NCBI GenBank assembly: GCA_964390545.1
Contig: CAYMJV010000005.1
Span: forward strand, 1-63,766
DNA from: an uncultured Syntrophaceae bacterium
Lineage (GTDB): Bacteria > Desulfobacterota > BSN033 > UBA1163
Reading direction: 5' to 3'
DNA: 63,766 nucleotides
Position 1 is the stretch's first letter. The number at the start of each line of letters is the position of its first letter. A model generated the notes under the pieces. That model searched no databases and was not told the DNA's origin. It was given only the letters and a program-made list of their open reading frames with translations. Shown here one piece after another: positions 18,844 through 28,811 of this stretch. The translations under genes were made by a program, and so were the position numbers.

Positions 18844-19413
18844 TCAAGGTTTGCCTTTTGTGAACCCATAATGGCCGAGGATCTTACCCAGGTTCCAATA
18901 TTCCTGGGCCCCAGGACAGAAGACAACGGGATGGGCTTTGGAAATATCAATTCGGCCTTTCTCTTTCTGAACCTCTTCTTTGACATGAAGCGCCACAATC
19001 TGCCCGAGAAAGAGATCGTGGCTTCCCAGAGGGAGGATGTCTTTCACCTGACATTCGAGTTGAACCGGACACTCGTCGATCAGCGGAGGTTTGACCTTTT
19101 CTGCCGGCACCGGTTTCCATCCCATGGCGGCGAATTTGTCCGTCTCCTTTCCCGAGAGGACGCCACAGGCGTCCACCTTCCGCACCATCTCCTCGGTTGG
19201 AAGGTTCACCACAAATTCTTTCGCTTTTTTTACACAGGCATGCGAGTATCGTCCAGGGCGAATCGATATGCCAACCATGGGAGGTTCGGAGTTGATCACT
19301 CCCACCCAGGCCAAGGTAATGATATTCGGCCTCCCTTCCTCATTCACACAGGTGATTAACACGACCGGGGTGGGAAAAAGCATGGTCGTGGGTGAAAGGC
19401 TTTTTCTTCCCAT
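18844..19413 (-). CDS. Flavin reductase family protein
   Basis: PTPVVLIT, PNIITLAW, GSHDLFLGQI motifs. Confidence 0.9.
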   Translation of the reverse strand: MGRKSLSPTTMLFPTPVVLITCVNEEGRPNIITLAWVGVINSEPPMVGISIRPGRYSHACVKKAKEFVVNLPTEEMVRKVDACGVLSGKETDKFAAMGWKPVPAEKVKPPLIDECPVQLECQVKDILPLGSHDLFLGQIVALHVKEEVQKEKGRIDISKAHPVVFCPGAQEYWNLGKILGHYGFTKGKP

Positions 19414-19428
19414 TCTCTTTCTCCTTTT

Positions 19429-20037
19429 TTACAGAAAAAGGTTCACCTCTCCTTTCCCTTTTCGGATCACCTTTGGAAGATCATCGGAAAGGTCGATAAT
19501 GCTGGAGTGCTCTGCAACAATCACTTCTCCATCGATCACGAGGTCCAACTGTTTTCCGAACCGCTCTTCAATCTCGTCCGGGTCATTGTAAAGGCTCTCA
19601 TCGGGTTTATAGACACTCGTGCTGATGATGGGATGTCCCAATTCCTTCACCAAGGCAAGGCATATTTTATTATCAGGAATTCGAATCCCTACCGTCTTCT
19701 GTTTCGTCAAGGCGATCTTGGGGACCAATTTGGTGGCTTTCAGAATGAAGGTGTAAGCCCCCGGGAGGAGGCGCTTCATCGTCTTATACGCATAATTTGA
19801 AACATAAGCATATCGGCTGATATCTTTTAAATCGGAACAGATGAAACTGAGGGGCTTATTCCCATCGGTCTTTTTCAGTCGATGAATCTTCTTGATGGCC
19901 TCAGGGTTGAAAAGGTCGCAGCCCACCCCGTAGATGGTGTCCGTAGGATACCCAATCACCCCTCCCTCCTTCAAAACATCCACAACCTTCCTGATCAGCC
20001 TCTTTTGCGGATTCTTGGGATTGATGGTGATGATCAT
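19429..20037 (-). CDS. Sua5/YciO/YrdC family protein
   Basis: YPTDTIYG, KPLSFIC, VGIRIPD, IISTS; start MIITINPKNPQ after GGAGG. Confidence 0.9.
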   Translation of the reverse strand: MIITINPKNPQKRLIRKVVDVLKEGGVIGYPTDTIYGVGCDLFNPEAIKKIHRLKKTDGNKPLSFICSDLKDISRYAYVSNYAYKTMKRLLPGAYTFILKATKLVPKIALTKQKTVGIRIPDNKICLALVKELGHPIISTSVYKPDESLYNDPDEIEERFGKQLDLVIDGEVIVAEHSSIIDLSDDLPKVIRKGKGEVNLFL

Positions 20038-20202
20038 TTCCTTTCCTCCTTCCAAAAACGATACCCCCCACCCTTCCACAAAATGGAACACGTGAGGGGC
20101 GGGGGGAGATATTTCTTACGCTCAATATGCCATTTATTTTTTTATACAAGACTTATATTCAGAAGTCAAACGAGCTCTAAGGGACAATTACGAAAATGCT
20201 GC

Positions 20203-20365
20203 AGAATGCCCCACCGTGCCTGTCCCGTCCTAACGGGATGGGCGGGCATGGATGAATGTGGCGATTTCAAAAAACCGATAGGCCGGACATTCTTGTCCGG
20301 CCACCGCATTTTCGCCGAGACTGGAAAGTCTCGGCTATCCGTGAAGTCCCCCCTGCGTGCAGGGA
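20203..20365. repeat. Composite multi-hairpin repeat; inverted paralog at 45398-45545
   Basis: GATAGGCCGGACATTCTTGTCCGGC..GCATTTTCGCCGAGACTGGAAAGTCTCGGCTATC recurs as the reverse complement at 45451-45545. Confidence 0.85.
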
Positions 20366-20368
20366 GCT

Positions 20369-21286
20369 TTACTCTTTGATAAGGAGGATGCGAACCGTAA
20401 TACGACCTGCCTGGTCGGCCATGGGTCGTCCCATCTCTTTCTCTTTCCCCTTCCCCACAGACTCTTTTTCCTTTGCTCTGGGGGATATCCTAAACGCTCT
20501 TGGAGCCACTTGCTGGGGTGCGGCCGGCTCTGCCTTTTGGGGAGAAGTCATTCCCTCTAATTTCTTTTCAAATTCCGGATAGGAAGCAGTCGGAAGGGAA
20601 GCGAGAAGGATATGCCCTTCCTCTCTTACGATCTCCCCCCCACATTCCTCGACCAAACCTTGAAGTTGAGAGACAGCCTTCTCCTGGTCTGAGACTCTCA
20701 GAGTGATTACTTGAGAAGGTTTAGCAGCAAGGGAATGAATGGCCACCTTTCCGATTTCTTTCCCTTCTGAGAGAGGGGTTTTCTCCTGTTCCATTTCTTT
20801 CGTTCGAGGCGCCTTTGAGAGAAGGGCTATCTCCTGATTTTCCTTCTTCGCCTCTTTTTGAGCCAAATGCGTATCCGTCTTTACTTCGGACCGGGGAGTT
20901 TTTGCTACGTCAACATCCTTTTCACGGGGTGGCTCCATGGGGATCATCTTGGTAATATAAAGGGCCACAAAGACAATAGCCACCATGGCCACGGCCTGGG
21001 CCGGAAGGTTCATTCGGCTTAGCCGGTGAACCCATCCCTGTCTGCTCCCCATCCTCTTCCGGTCTTCCTTCTTCTGATAAATCTCTGTCAGAAACCCTTC
21101 GGGCGCTTCCACCTCATCAACGGAATGAAGCCAGTTCATGGTCTTTTTGAATGTTTCAAAATCTTTTTGGCACCCCAAGCATGAAGCAAGATGTTCTTTG
21201 AGGACCTTTTCCTCCGAAGGATTCAAATCTCCTTCGAGTAAGGAAGAAAACCTCTCCCGAACTTTTTCGCATTCCATTGGCTTCAC
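20369..21286 (-). CDS. Zinc-finger (zf-HC2) anti-sigma factor, membrane-anchored
   Basis: HLASCLGC (HxxxCxxC), one TM helix, charged periplasmic part; downstream of an ECF sigma gene. Confidence 0.85.
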   Translation of the reverse strand: MKPMECEKVRERFSSLLEGDLNPSEEKVLKEHLASCLGCQKDFETFKKTMNWLHSVDEVEAPEGFLTEIYQKKEDRKRMGSRQGWVHRLSRMNLPAQAVAMVAIVFVALYITKMIPMEPPREKDVDVAKTPRSEVKTDTHLAQKEAKKENQEIALLSKAPRTKEMEQEKTPLSEGKEIGKVAIHSLAAKPSQVITLRVSDQEKAVSQLQGLVEECGGEIVREEGHILLASLPTASYPEFEKKLEGMTSPQKAEPAAPQQVAPRAFRISPRAKEKESVGKGKEKEMGRPMADQAGRITVRILLIKE

Positions 21287-21316
21287 TCCCTTTCAGCCCC
21301 GGCTTTGCCGGAGAAA

Positions 21317-21460
21317 TTTCGAAATCCGAATATCGAAATCCGAAACAATTTCAAAATTCGAATGACCAAATTTTCAAACCTATTATTTTTTTCGTTTGAA
21401 ACATTTTGATTTTGAACATTCGGATTTGTTTCGAGTTTCGAGTTTCGTGCTTCGAATTTA
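21317..21460. repeat. Periodic inverted-repeat element, CGAAA/TTTCG type
   Basis: CGAAATC CGAATAT CGAAATC... versus ...TTCGAGT TTCGAGT TTCGTGC TTCGAAT; between sigma and anti-sigma genes. Confidence 0.85.
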
Positions 21461-21520
21461 TGATCTGCGCCACGAGAGATTACCGACGTTCTTAGCAATA
21501 TTCAACTGCAAAAGAATAAT

Positions 21521-22111
21521 CTAATGAGTCATTCTCTCCAATTGTTCTTTGAGATCCATCCTTGCCCTGTGAATCTTTGATTTGACCGTCCCCTCCGGAA
21601 GGGAAAATAACTTCCCAATCTCCTCGTAAGAGAACCCCTGGAGGTCCCTTAAAACAATCAATTCTCTCTGCTCTTCCTTCAGTTGCAGAAGCCCTCTCTG
21701 GATCAGATCTTGAATCATCTTCTTCTCCAAAAGGGTTTCAGGATTATCCGAAGGGTCATAAACTTGCCTTGGTATTTCTCCGTCCTCAGTGTCAATCGGA
21801 TCATCCAGCGAATCCGATTGGAAGTATTTCCTTCTTTTGAGATATTTCCACCGGTTTCGGCAGTGGTTTACGGTGATTTGAATCAGCCAGGGTTCGAACT
21901 TCACCTCTTCCCTTAAGTTTTTAATCGATTCAAAAACGGAGAGAAAAACCTCCTGAGCCAGATCCTTTGCCTCCTCCTTGTTACCCAGCATGCGATAGGC
22001 AATATTGTACACTCTCCTCTGATAGGCAAGGACGACCTCTCCGAAGGCCTTTTCATCACCGGCCTTACAGGAGTCAATCACCTCTTTTTCAATCTTTGGA
22101 GAAGCCTGCAT
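21521..22111 (-). CDS. ECF RNA polymerase sigma factor (sigma-70 family)
   Basis: AKDLAQEVFL region 2; GFSYEEIGKLFSLPEGTVKSKIHRAR region 4. Confidence 0.93.
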   Translation of the reverse strand: MQASPKIEKEVIDSCKAGDEKAFGEVVLAYQRRVYNIAYRMLGNKEEAKDLAQEVFLSVFESIKNLREEVKFEPWLIQITVNHCRNRWKYLKRRKYFQSDSLDDPIDTEDGEIPRQVYDPSDNPETLLEKKMIQDLIQRGLLQLKEEQRELIVLRDLQGFSYEEIGKLFSLPEGTVKSKIHRARMDLKEQLERMTH

Positions 22112-22187
22112 GGAAATCTGTTCTTCCCCTATATATTAAGACAACAGAAAACTATTTTAGTTCCAAGAGTTTCAATAAATCGTTCGC

Positions 22188-22751
22188 TCACTTCTTTCCA
22201 AAGATCTTGAGATACTTCCTCGATTTCTCATAGGCCTCGGCCAATTGTTCCTCCGATCTCTTTCGATCCTTTTCGTCAAGGGTCTTGACCACCTTTGCCG
22301 GAATTCCCAAGACGAGTGAATCATCAGGAATCTTCATCCCCGGCGGAACAACGCATCCGCCTCCGACGATCGAATGTCTTCCCACTTCCGCTCCATCTAA
22401 AACGATGGCCCCGATTCCAACAATGGCCCCCTCTTTCACGAGACATCCATGAAGGATGACCCCATGGCTGATGAGCACATTCTTTTCGATCGTGACAGGA
22501 TGATCCTTGGGGGATTCGACCAATACCTTATCCAGAAGAACAGATCGGTCTCCTACCACAATTCGGTTGCTATCCGCCCTGAGGACAGTCAAGGGCCATA
22601 CGCTTACATCTGGCCCAAGAACTACATCTCCGATCAACCTGGCGGTGGGATCGATAAAGACGCTTTCGTCAAACTGAGGGGATTTTCCTTCAAATGGGGT
22701 GATGTGTGAGAGGGGAGGAGGTTTACCTCTCCGGTTAGAGCTGGAAGTCAT
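22188..22751 (-). CDS. Gamma carbonic anhydrase family (hexapeptide repeat) protein
   Basis: Left-handed beta-helix hexapeptide repeats; LVLGIPAKVVK C-terminal motif. Confidence 0.85.
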   Translation of the reverse strand: MTSSSNRRGKPPPLSHITPFEGKSPQFDESVFIDPTARLIGDVVLGPDVSVWPLTVLRADSNRIVVGDRSVLLDKVLVESPKDHPVTIEKNVLISHGVILHGCLVKEGAIVGIGAIVLDGAEVGRHSIVGGGCVVPPGMKIPDDSLVLGIPAKVVKTLDEKDRKRSEEQLAEAYEKSRKYLKIFGKK

Positions 22752-22787
22752 ACCGGATCACCTCCTCCTATTGATAAGACAAACGGA

Positions 22788-22880
22788 ATTATTCGAATGA
22801 TAACAAATTGGGCGAACAGTGCTGATTCTGATTATTCGCATTCGGCTAATTCGCTGCCATTCGTTTCATTTGCAAATGAT
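22788..22880. repeat. Degenerate periodic inverted-repeat element, CGAAT/ATTCG type
   Basis: CGAAT-containing left part and ATTCG-repeated right part, similar to 198-397. Confidence 0.55.
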
Positions 22881-23212
22881 ATTTTTTCAGAGATGGCTGT
22901 CTCGGCATAGGTCAACCAGTTGATCTCCAAAAATCTCCACTGTTCCACGGAAGGACCTTAACGTCTATTTTCCCCTTTTTTTATACCATCAGACTTTTTT
23001 ATTCAATCTTTTTATTGAAAGAAAACCATGCGATACCTCGACGGCGCCAAACCCCGACTTCCGACCGCCATAGGCGAAGGGATGAACTGGTTCAGATACA
23101 TATGAGACAGAAGTGAGTTAAGGTAGAAGGGGAGATTGAGTACAAAGGGTTGATTTTTTTAACAAAGATGTCTATAATTATTTTATATTGTTTATAAGGA
23201 GGTAAACCTGAG

Positions 23213-23503
23213 ATGAAGAGAGCAATATCGGCCATCCTGTCATTTGCCATGATCAGTCTGTTCGTCGTCGCCTTGGTCGGATGTGGAGCCGACATCAAAG
23301 CCGAAAATGAAAAACTGAAGGCAGAGAATACCAGTATTAAGTCAGACAACGATAAACTGAAGCTTGAAGTTCAGAAATTGAAGGAAGAGATCCAGAAGGC
23401 AGCCGAGAAGGACGCAACCATCGGTTCCCTGAATGCAGAGAATGAGGCTCTCAAGAAACAAGTCGAGGACCTCAAGACCCATTTGACCAAGAAGAAAAAG
23501 TAA
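23213..23503 (+). CDS. Small coiled-coil lipoprotein
   Basis: Lipobox LVGC, then heptad coiled coil; GGAGG RBS. Confidence 0.75.
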   Translation: MKRAISAILSFAMISLFVVALVGCGADIKAENEKLKAENTSIKSDNDKLKLEVQKLKEEIQKAAEKDATIGSLNAENEALKKQVEDLKTHLTKKKK

Positions 23504-23521
23504 CCCAGAGTGGGTACAAAA

Positions 23522-23563
23522 CAAAAAAGGGAGGACCCGATCACGGGGGGTTTTCCCTTTTTT
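23522..23563 (+). terminator. Rho-independent terminator
   Basis: AAAAAAGGGAGGACCC...GGGGGGTTTTCCCTTTTTT stem-loop with T tract after the lipoprotein stop. Confidence 0.7.
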
Positions 23564-23567
23564 GATG

Positions 23568-23674
23568 CTTCGACGGCACCAAACCCCGATTTTTAAGTCG
23601 GGGTAAGAAGCGCCGCTCAGTATCAACCCTGAGCATACCTCGGGTTTTAGACCGGGGAGTCGAATGGGTTGATT
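23568..23674. repeat. About 107-bp multi-hairpin repeat, uninterrupted form
   Basis: Reverse complement aligns end to end with 43125-43328 once three inserts are removed; partial copy begins near 23037. Confidence 0.85.
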
Positions 23675-23693
23675 CCTCCCCCATTTCAATCCC

Positions 23694-26150
23694 ATGGAAA
23701 GGCAGAACCAATTGGCAAGAAAGAGAGGTAAGAAAGGATGGGTGTATTACCTCCTTTATACCTTTATCCTCTCGACTCTCCTCTTTCTACTGTGTGGAGC
23801 TTTCCTCTTTTTCTATTACTCCCATCAACTCCCTGATTTTAAGCCTCTCAAGGATCGACATCTCAATGCCTACTCCACTGTCTACTCTGAAGAAGACGAG
23901 GCGGTCGGTAAATTCCTAATGGATAATCGAATTCCCGTCCCTTACGAACGGGTTCCAAAAACCCTGGTGGACGCGTTCATCGCTGCGGAGGATGCAGAAT
24001 TTTTTAGGCACAAAGGAATCGACTTCAAGGGAATCACCCGCGCGATGATCAAAAACCTCATGGCAGGGAGAATTGTCCAGGGAGGAAGCACGATCACCCA
24101 GCAGGTAACGAAGATCTTCTTTCTGACCCCCAAGAGAAGCCTCCTGCGGAAATTGAAGGAAGTAGCCTATGCCTTTGGACTGGAGAGGAACTTGAGCAAA
24201 GAGGAGATCCTCGCCCTCTATCTCAACAATATCTACCTAGGGAACGGAGCCTATGGCGTGGAGGCCGCGGCTGAAAGTTATTTCAATAAGCGGACAGAGC
24301 AGCTCAATCTGGCGGAGATGGCTATGATGGCCGGCCTGGTGAAAGCCCCGAGCCGCTATTCACCAATCAATAGCCTAAAAAAGGCGAAGGAGCGTCAGGT
24401 CTATGTCCTGACACGGATGACCGATTTAGGATTCATCTCCCAAGAGCAAAAAGAAAAGGCTCAGCAGACACCCTTAAAAATTCAATCGCGGGAGAGTGCC
24501 TATTTTAGCAAAGCACCTTACTTCACCGAATTCATCAGGCAACTGGTGGAGAGGAAATACGGTAAAGAGAAACTCTATCAGGAAGGACTTAGGATCTACA
24601 CCACCCTCGATCTTTCCCTCCAGAGAGCGGCGCAGAAAAATGTAGAAATGGGGCTCAGGGACCTGGACAAGAGGCAGGGGTTTCGGGGTCCCATCCAAAC
24701 CCTCTCCCAAAAGGAGATGAAAGATCTTCAGAATAAGAAGAAAGGGAGCTTGAACCCTCTCCTCCAGAATGAGATCTATGAAGGGGTCATCCTCTCCAAA
24801 GAAGATTCAAAGAAACATTTTACGGTCTGGGTGGAAGATCGGAAGGGAATTCTTCCTTATTCAGAATCAACGTGGGCCCTTCAGATCAAACCCAGCTCTA
24901 CCTACAAGCCACAAAAGGTAAAGAATCCCGGGGACCTTCTCAACCCAGGAGATGTGGTTCATGTGAGGGTGAAAGAACTTCCTGCCAAAAAGGACCAGGC
25001 TCCAATCCTTTCTCTTGAGCAGCAACCTCTCATCCAGGGAGCGCTGCTCTGTCTCGATCCCAAAACGGGTTATGTAAAGACCATTGTGGGAGGTCGGGAT
25101 TTCAGCGAAAGCCAATTTAACCGCGCCCTCCATTCCCGAAGACAACCTGGTTCCGCCTTCAAACCCATCATCTACGCAGCCGCACTGGAGAAAGGCTATA
25201 ACCCTTCCACGATCATTATGGACTCCCCCGTGGAATATGAAGATTATGACGAAGGAACCTATTGGGCTCCAAAGAATTATGATAAGAATTTCATGGGACC
25301 GATCACCTTTCGAAATGCCTTAGCCCATTCCAGAAATGTGGTGACCGTAAAGATCCTCGAAGATATTGGTGTGGGTTATGTTCTCAGATTCATCAAACGA
25401 TTAGGGATCGAATCACCCATCAAGAGGGATCTCTCCGTTGCCCTGGGAACTTCTGGCGTCTCCATGCTCGAATTGGCTCAGGCCTTTGGGGCCTTCGCGA
25501 ACGGAGGGGAACGGGTCAAACCGATTTTTATCAAAAAGATCGTCACCCTGAAGGGGGAAGTGCTTGAGGAGAATTATCCTTATGTGGAATTGGAGGAGAA
25601 GGAAGAGGAGGAGGAAGGAAATGGGGAGGCCTCGTCCCCTGTGTTAAGAGAACGCGTGATCTCTCCCCAACACGCCTTCATCATGACCCATCTTCTTGAA
25701 GGCGTCGTTCAACATGGAACCGGTCAGAGAGCCAAAGTTCTTAATAGACACATCGCAGGAAAGACCGGTACCTCGAGCGACTATACGGATGCTTGGTTCG
25801 TCGGATACTCCCCCTCCCTTCTCACGGCGGTTTGGGTAGGTTTCGACGAAAAGACTTCTATTGGGAAGGACGAAACAGGGGCCCGTGCAGCTCTTCCCAT
25901 CTGGATCGCCTTTATGAGTAAGGCCCTGGCGGAAAGCCCCGCAGAAGAGTTCAAGGCACCCGCAGGAATTGTCATGAAGAAAGTTAATATCGAAACGGGC
26001 CTGCCCACTCATGAAGAGTCCAACGAGACGATCCTCGAAGCTTTCGTTGAGGGAATGCTGCCGGAAGAGAAAGAGGGTGAAAGAAAAGAAGAGTCTCCCT
26101 CTTCACCCGCTATCAGAGACATGCTTCCCAAGGAGAGTCCAAGTTACTGA
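23694..26150 (+). CDS. mrcA: Penicillin-binding protein 1A (transglycosylase, OB insert, transpeptidase)
   Basis: AAED, GGSTITQQ, RKLKE, YLNNIYLG TG motifs; GSAFK (SxxK), SRN, KTG TP motifs. Confidence 0.95.
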   Translation: MERQNQLARKRGKKGWVYYLLYTFILSTLLFLLCGAFLFFYYSHQLPDFKPLKDRHLNAYSTVYSEEDEAVGKFLMDNRIPVPYERVPKTLVDAFIAAEDAEFFRHKGIDFKGITRAMIKNLMAGRIVQGGSTITQQVTKIFFLTPKRSLLRKLKEVAYAFGLERNLSKEEILALYLNNIYLGNGAYGVEAAAESYFNKRTEQLNLAEMAMMAGLVKAPSRYSPINSLKKAKERQVYVLTRMTDLGFISQEQKEKAQQTPLKIQSRESAYFSKAPYFTEFIRQLVERKYGKEKLYQEGLRIYTTLDLSLQRAAQKNVEMGLRDLDKRQGFRGPIQTLSQKEMKDLQNKKKGSLNPLLQNEIYEGVILSKEDSKKHFTVWVEDRKGILPYSESTWALQIKPSSTYKPQKVKNPGDLLNPGDVVHVRVKELPAKKDQAPILSLEQQPLIQGALLCLDPKTGYVKTIVGGRDFSESQFNRALHSRRQPGSAFKPIIYAAALEKGYNPSTIIMDSPVEYEDYDEGTYWAPKNYDKNFMGPITFRNALAHSRNVVTVKILEDIGVGYVLRFIKRLGIESPIKRDLSVALGTSGVSMLELAQAFGAFANGGERVKPIFIKKIVTLKGEVLEENYPYVELEEKEEEEEGNGEASSPVLRERVISPQHAFIMTHLLEGVVQHGTGQRAKVLNRHIAGKTGTSSDYTDAWFVGYSPSLLTAVWVGFDEKTSIGKDETGARAALPIWIAFMSKALAESPAEEFKAPAGIVMKKVNIETGLPTHEESNETILEAFVEGMLPEEKEGERKEESPSSPAIRDMLPKESPSY

Positions 26151-26174
26151 AGCGGGAGGAGTGAGGGGGAATCA

Positions 26175-26579
26175 ATGAAAGACGAAGAGATAAAAAATAC
26201 ACTTCGAACATGCAAGACCGTCGCCGTGGTGGGCATTTCGCCCAAAGAGGATCGGCCCAGTTATGGGGTTGCATCCTATCTGAAATCGAAAGGCTATCGC
26301 ATCATTCCTGTCCGGCCGGAGGGGGACGAGATCTTAGGCGAGAAGGTTTATCATAGCCTCACGGAAATTCCCAGAGGAATTGAAATCGATGTGGTCGACA
26401 TCTTCAGAAAATCAGAGGACGTCCCTCCCGTGGTGGAGGAGGCCATCCGTCGGGGAGCGAAGGTCGTTTGGATGCAGGAAGGGATTATCAACCAGGAAGC
26501 CTGTGCAAAGGCTAAAAAGGCCGGCTTAAAGGTGGTCATGGACCTCTGCATGAAGAAAGAACATCAAAGGCTTCTTTAA
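26175..26579 (+). CDS. CoA-binding domain protein (YccU-like)
   Basis: VAVVGIS..DRPS, IDVVDIFR, VWMQEG motifs. Confidence 0.9.
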   Translation: MKDEEIKNTLRTCKTVAVVGISPKEDRPSYGVASYLKSKGYRIIPVRPEGDEILGEKVYHSLTEIPRGIEIDVVDIFRKSEDVPPVVEEAIRRGAKVVWMQEGIINQEACAKAKKAGLKVVMDLCMKKEHQRLL

Positions 26580-26715
26580 ATCCCAAACCACAAATACCAA
26601 ATTCCAAATAAATTCCAAATGCCAATTTTCAAATGACCAAAACGATTTTGTTTGGAATTTTGAAATTTGAACATTGTAGATTGTTTGTTATTTGGTGCTT
26701 GGAATTTGGTGCTTG
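26578..26715. repeat. Periodic inverted-repeat element, CAAAT/TTTG type
   Basis: CAAACCA CAAATAC CAAATTC CAAATAA... versus ...TTTGGTG CTTGGAA TTTGGTG; between convergent genes. Confidence 0.85.
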
Positions 26716-26719
26716 CATT

Positions 26720-27829
26720 CTAGGTTCCTAGAATGGTTCTTCTTCCATTATACCGTTCTGTATCATATTCAGTCTTGACATCCACGAGATTCAATTTCCC
26801 AATCGCCTTCTGCAGCGGGACCGCAGTGATCTTCCCATTCCTATAACTGACCATCTTCCCAAAATCCCCTTTCACGATTAGGTCAACGGCAGCGATCCCG
26901 AAATACCTTCCCATCCGGCGGTCATAGGCACAGGGAGACCCTCCGCGTTGTAAATGACTCAGCGTGATGCTCCGGGTCTCTATCTTTGTCGCCTGTGTAA
27001 TCTCCCTGGCCAGGAATTCCCCGATCCCCCCAAGCGTTTTATGACCAAAACCATCGACGCCTTCCTCTTTCGTAATCTCAGGGGACCCGGAGGGTTTTGC
27101 CCCCTCAGCTATCACAAGGATGTCGTAGCGGGCTCCTTTTCTGCGTCCTTCAATCATTAATTGGTTCACCTTCTCTAATTCAAAATCGTATTCAGGGATG
27201 AGAATAATATAGGCACCGCTCGACTCCCCTCCCTCCAGCGCCAGCCAACCTGCATGCCTTCCCATCGTCTCGACGATAAAGATTCTTCTGTGAGATCCAG
27301 CGGTCGTCCGGAGCCGATCGATCTCTTCGGTAATGACGTTGACTGCCGTCTCAAATCCGAGGGTATAATCGGTTCCAGAGAGATCCTTATCGATCGTTTT
27401 GGGAATGCCTACTACGTTCGCCCCTTCAAGACAGAGTTTGTGGGCTACGCCAAGCGTGTCCTCCCCTCCTATCGCAACGATAAAATCGAGTTGATAACGT
27501 TCAATATTTCCAAGGACGACTTTCGATCGGTTATTTTTGGGATCATAGGGATTGGTTCTCGAAGTCCCCAAGTTTGTCCCTCCGTACCGGTCCCATGTTC
27601 TTACCATCTCTTCCGTCAAGGTGCTGATTCTCGGCCCCCGAAAATCTTGGTCGCCTTCAGGTTGCACCAATCCTTTCCAGCCCTCACGAATTCCAAGAAC
27701 CTCATAGTCGATCTTTCTCGTCCTCCGGAGCCGCTCATCCAAGGCCGTCTTCACTACCCATTTAATCGCTGGGTTCAGTCCAGCACAATCCCCTCCACCC
27801 GTAAGAACGCCAATCCTCTTCTTTTCCAT
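26720..27829 (-). CDS. pfkA: 6-phosphofructokinase, group III (mixed-substrate) type
   Basis: GVLTGGGDC, GGEDT, PKTIDKD, ETMGRHAGW; start reassigned to MEKKRIG. Confidence 0.92.
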   Translation of the reverse strand: MEKKRIGVLTGGGDCAGLNPAIKWVVKTALDERLRRTRKIDYEVLGIREGWKGLVQPEGDQDFRGPRISTLTEEMVRTWDRYGGTNLGTSRTNPYDPKNNRSKVVLGNIERYQLDFIVAIGGEDTLGVAHKLCLEGANVVGIPKTIDKDLSGTDYTLGFETAVNVITEEIDRLRTTAGSHRRIFIVETMGRHAGWLALEGGESSGAYIILIPEYDFELEKVNQLMIEGRRKGARYDILVIAEGAKPSGSPEITKEEGVDGFGHKTLGGIGEFLAREITQATKIETRSITLSHLQRGGSPCAYDRRMGRYFGIAAVDLIVKGDFGKMVSYRNGKITAVPLQKAIGKLNLVDVKTEYDTERYNGRRTILGT

Positions 27830-28054
27830 TCTCTCCTCCCTATCTTCAAGGCAATCAACTATCGCCGACTCATCACCCCTGCCTACCGCACGTAGGCGCA
27901 AACAATGCAAATTTCTAATCCCCCCTTTAGCAAAGGGAGGTTGAGGGGATTTGAAAACTATTTTCTCAAACTGAATCCTCCCTCGCCTTGAAGGCGAGGG
28001 GTTCGAAAAACATGTCGACTTCAAGTCGACTTCGGTCCTAATTCCCTCTTCGTC

Positions 28055-28132
28055 GTCATTCCTGCGAAGGCAGGAATCCAGAAGAGAATCTGGAAGAAGA
28101 ACCCACTGGATACCCGCTTTCGCGGGTATGAC
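28055..28132. repeat. REP doublet, GTCATTCCYGCG..GCRGGAATCCAG family (copy 1)
   Basis: Two inverted units around a spacer; same layout at 30094-30162 and 46556-46624. Confidence 0.85.
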
Positions 28133-28177
28133 GATACGGTCGGGTTCGCTTCCGTATTTGGCTCATGTTTAGTTTGT

Positions 28178-28714
28178 TCACATTTTGCCTATTTTCGCTT
28201 CGCCTGAAGGCGAGGGGTTTTTACCATCCCCGATGGTGACACTAATTTTCTTGCAAAATGTGATCCGATCATTCCCGGGGTGATAATAATCAGGAACCCT
28301 TGCCACTTCTTGAAACCCATGCCGAGAGTAAAACTTTTGAGTCTTCTCATATTGAGGGATGGAAGAAGTATCGATGAGAATCATTCTTCCCTTTCTCTCT
28401 CTTACGACTTCTTCCAAAAAACGGAGAAGTTTGGAACCGACGCCTTGTCCCTGGGACCGAGGGTCGACGACGATCCAGTAAAGGTCAAACGTCCCCTGGG
28501 TCATGGGGACAGACCCATAACAGACATAACCGATGGCTTGATCTTCTTCGTTTGCCATACAATCAATCCTATAATCTTCTTGATTCGGGTCTTTTAATAC
28601 AGTATCGATCAACTCCATTGCTACTTCGATCTCTTCACCGGTAAAGACCTGGGTCTCTAAGAGCATCGAATACAACTTCTCTCGATCTCTCTGCGCTAAA
28701 GCACGGATCTTCAT
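28178..28714 (-). CDS. GNAT family N-acetyltransferase
   Basis: FDLYWIVVDP..QGQGVGSKLL acetyl-CoA motif. Confidence 0.88.
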   Translation of the reverse strand: MKIRALAQRDREKLYSMLLETQVFTGEEIEVAMELIDTVLKDPNQEDYRIDCMANEEDQAIGYVCYGSVPMTQGTFDLYWIVVDPRSQGQGVGSKLLRFLEEVVRERKGRMILIDTSSIPQYEKTQKFYSRHGFQEVARVPDYYHPGNDRITFCKKISVTIGDGKNPSPSGEAKIGKM

Positions 28715-28811
28715 CTTCCATTCCTCGTCAACAGGGTTAATATCGCTTGAAATCTTATCACAAGGTCATGAGGAGAACAATTTCTTTTAGTGAAAGGAAA
28801 GATCGCTGAAA

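Noticed and set aside
18759-18998. 79-aa ORF ending RLRLRLRLRN
   Set aside because: Hexamer repeat translation overlapping the flavin reductase gene.
21283-21498. 71-aa ORF between sigma and anti-sigma genes
   Set aside because: Coincides with the CGAAA-type inverted repeat.
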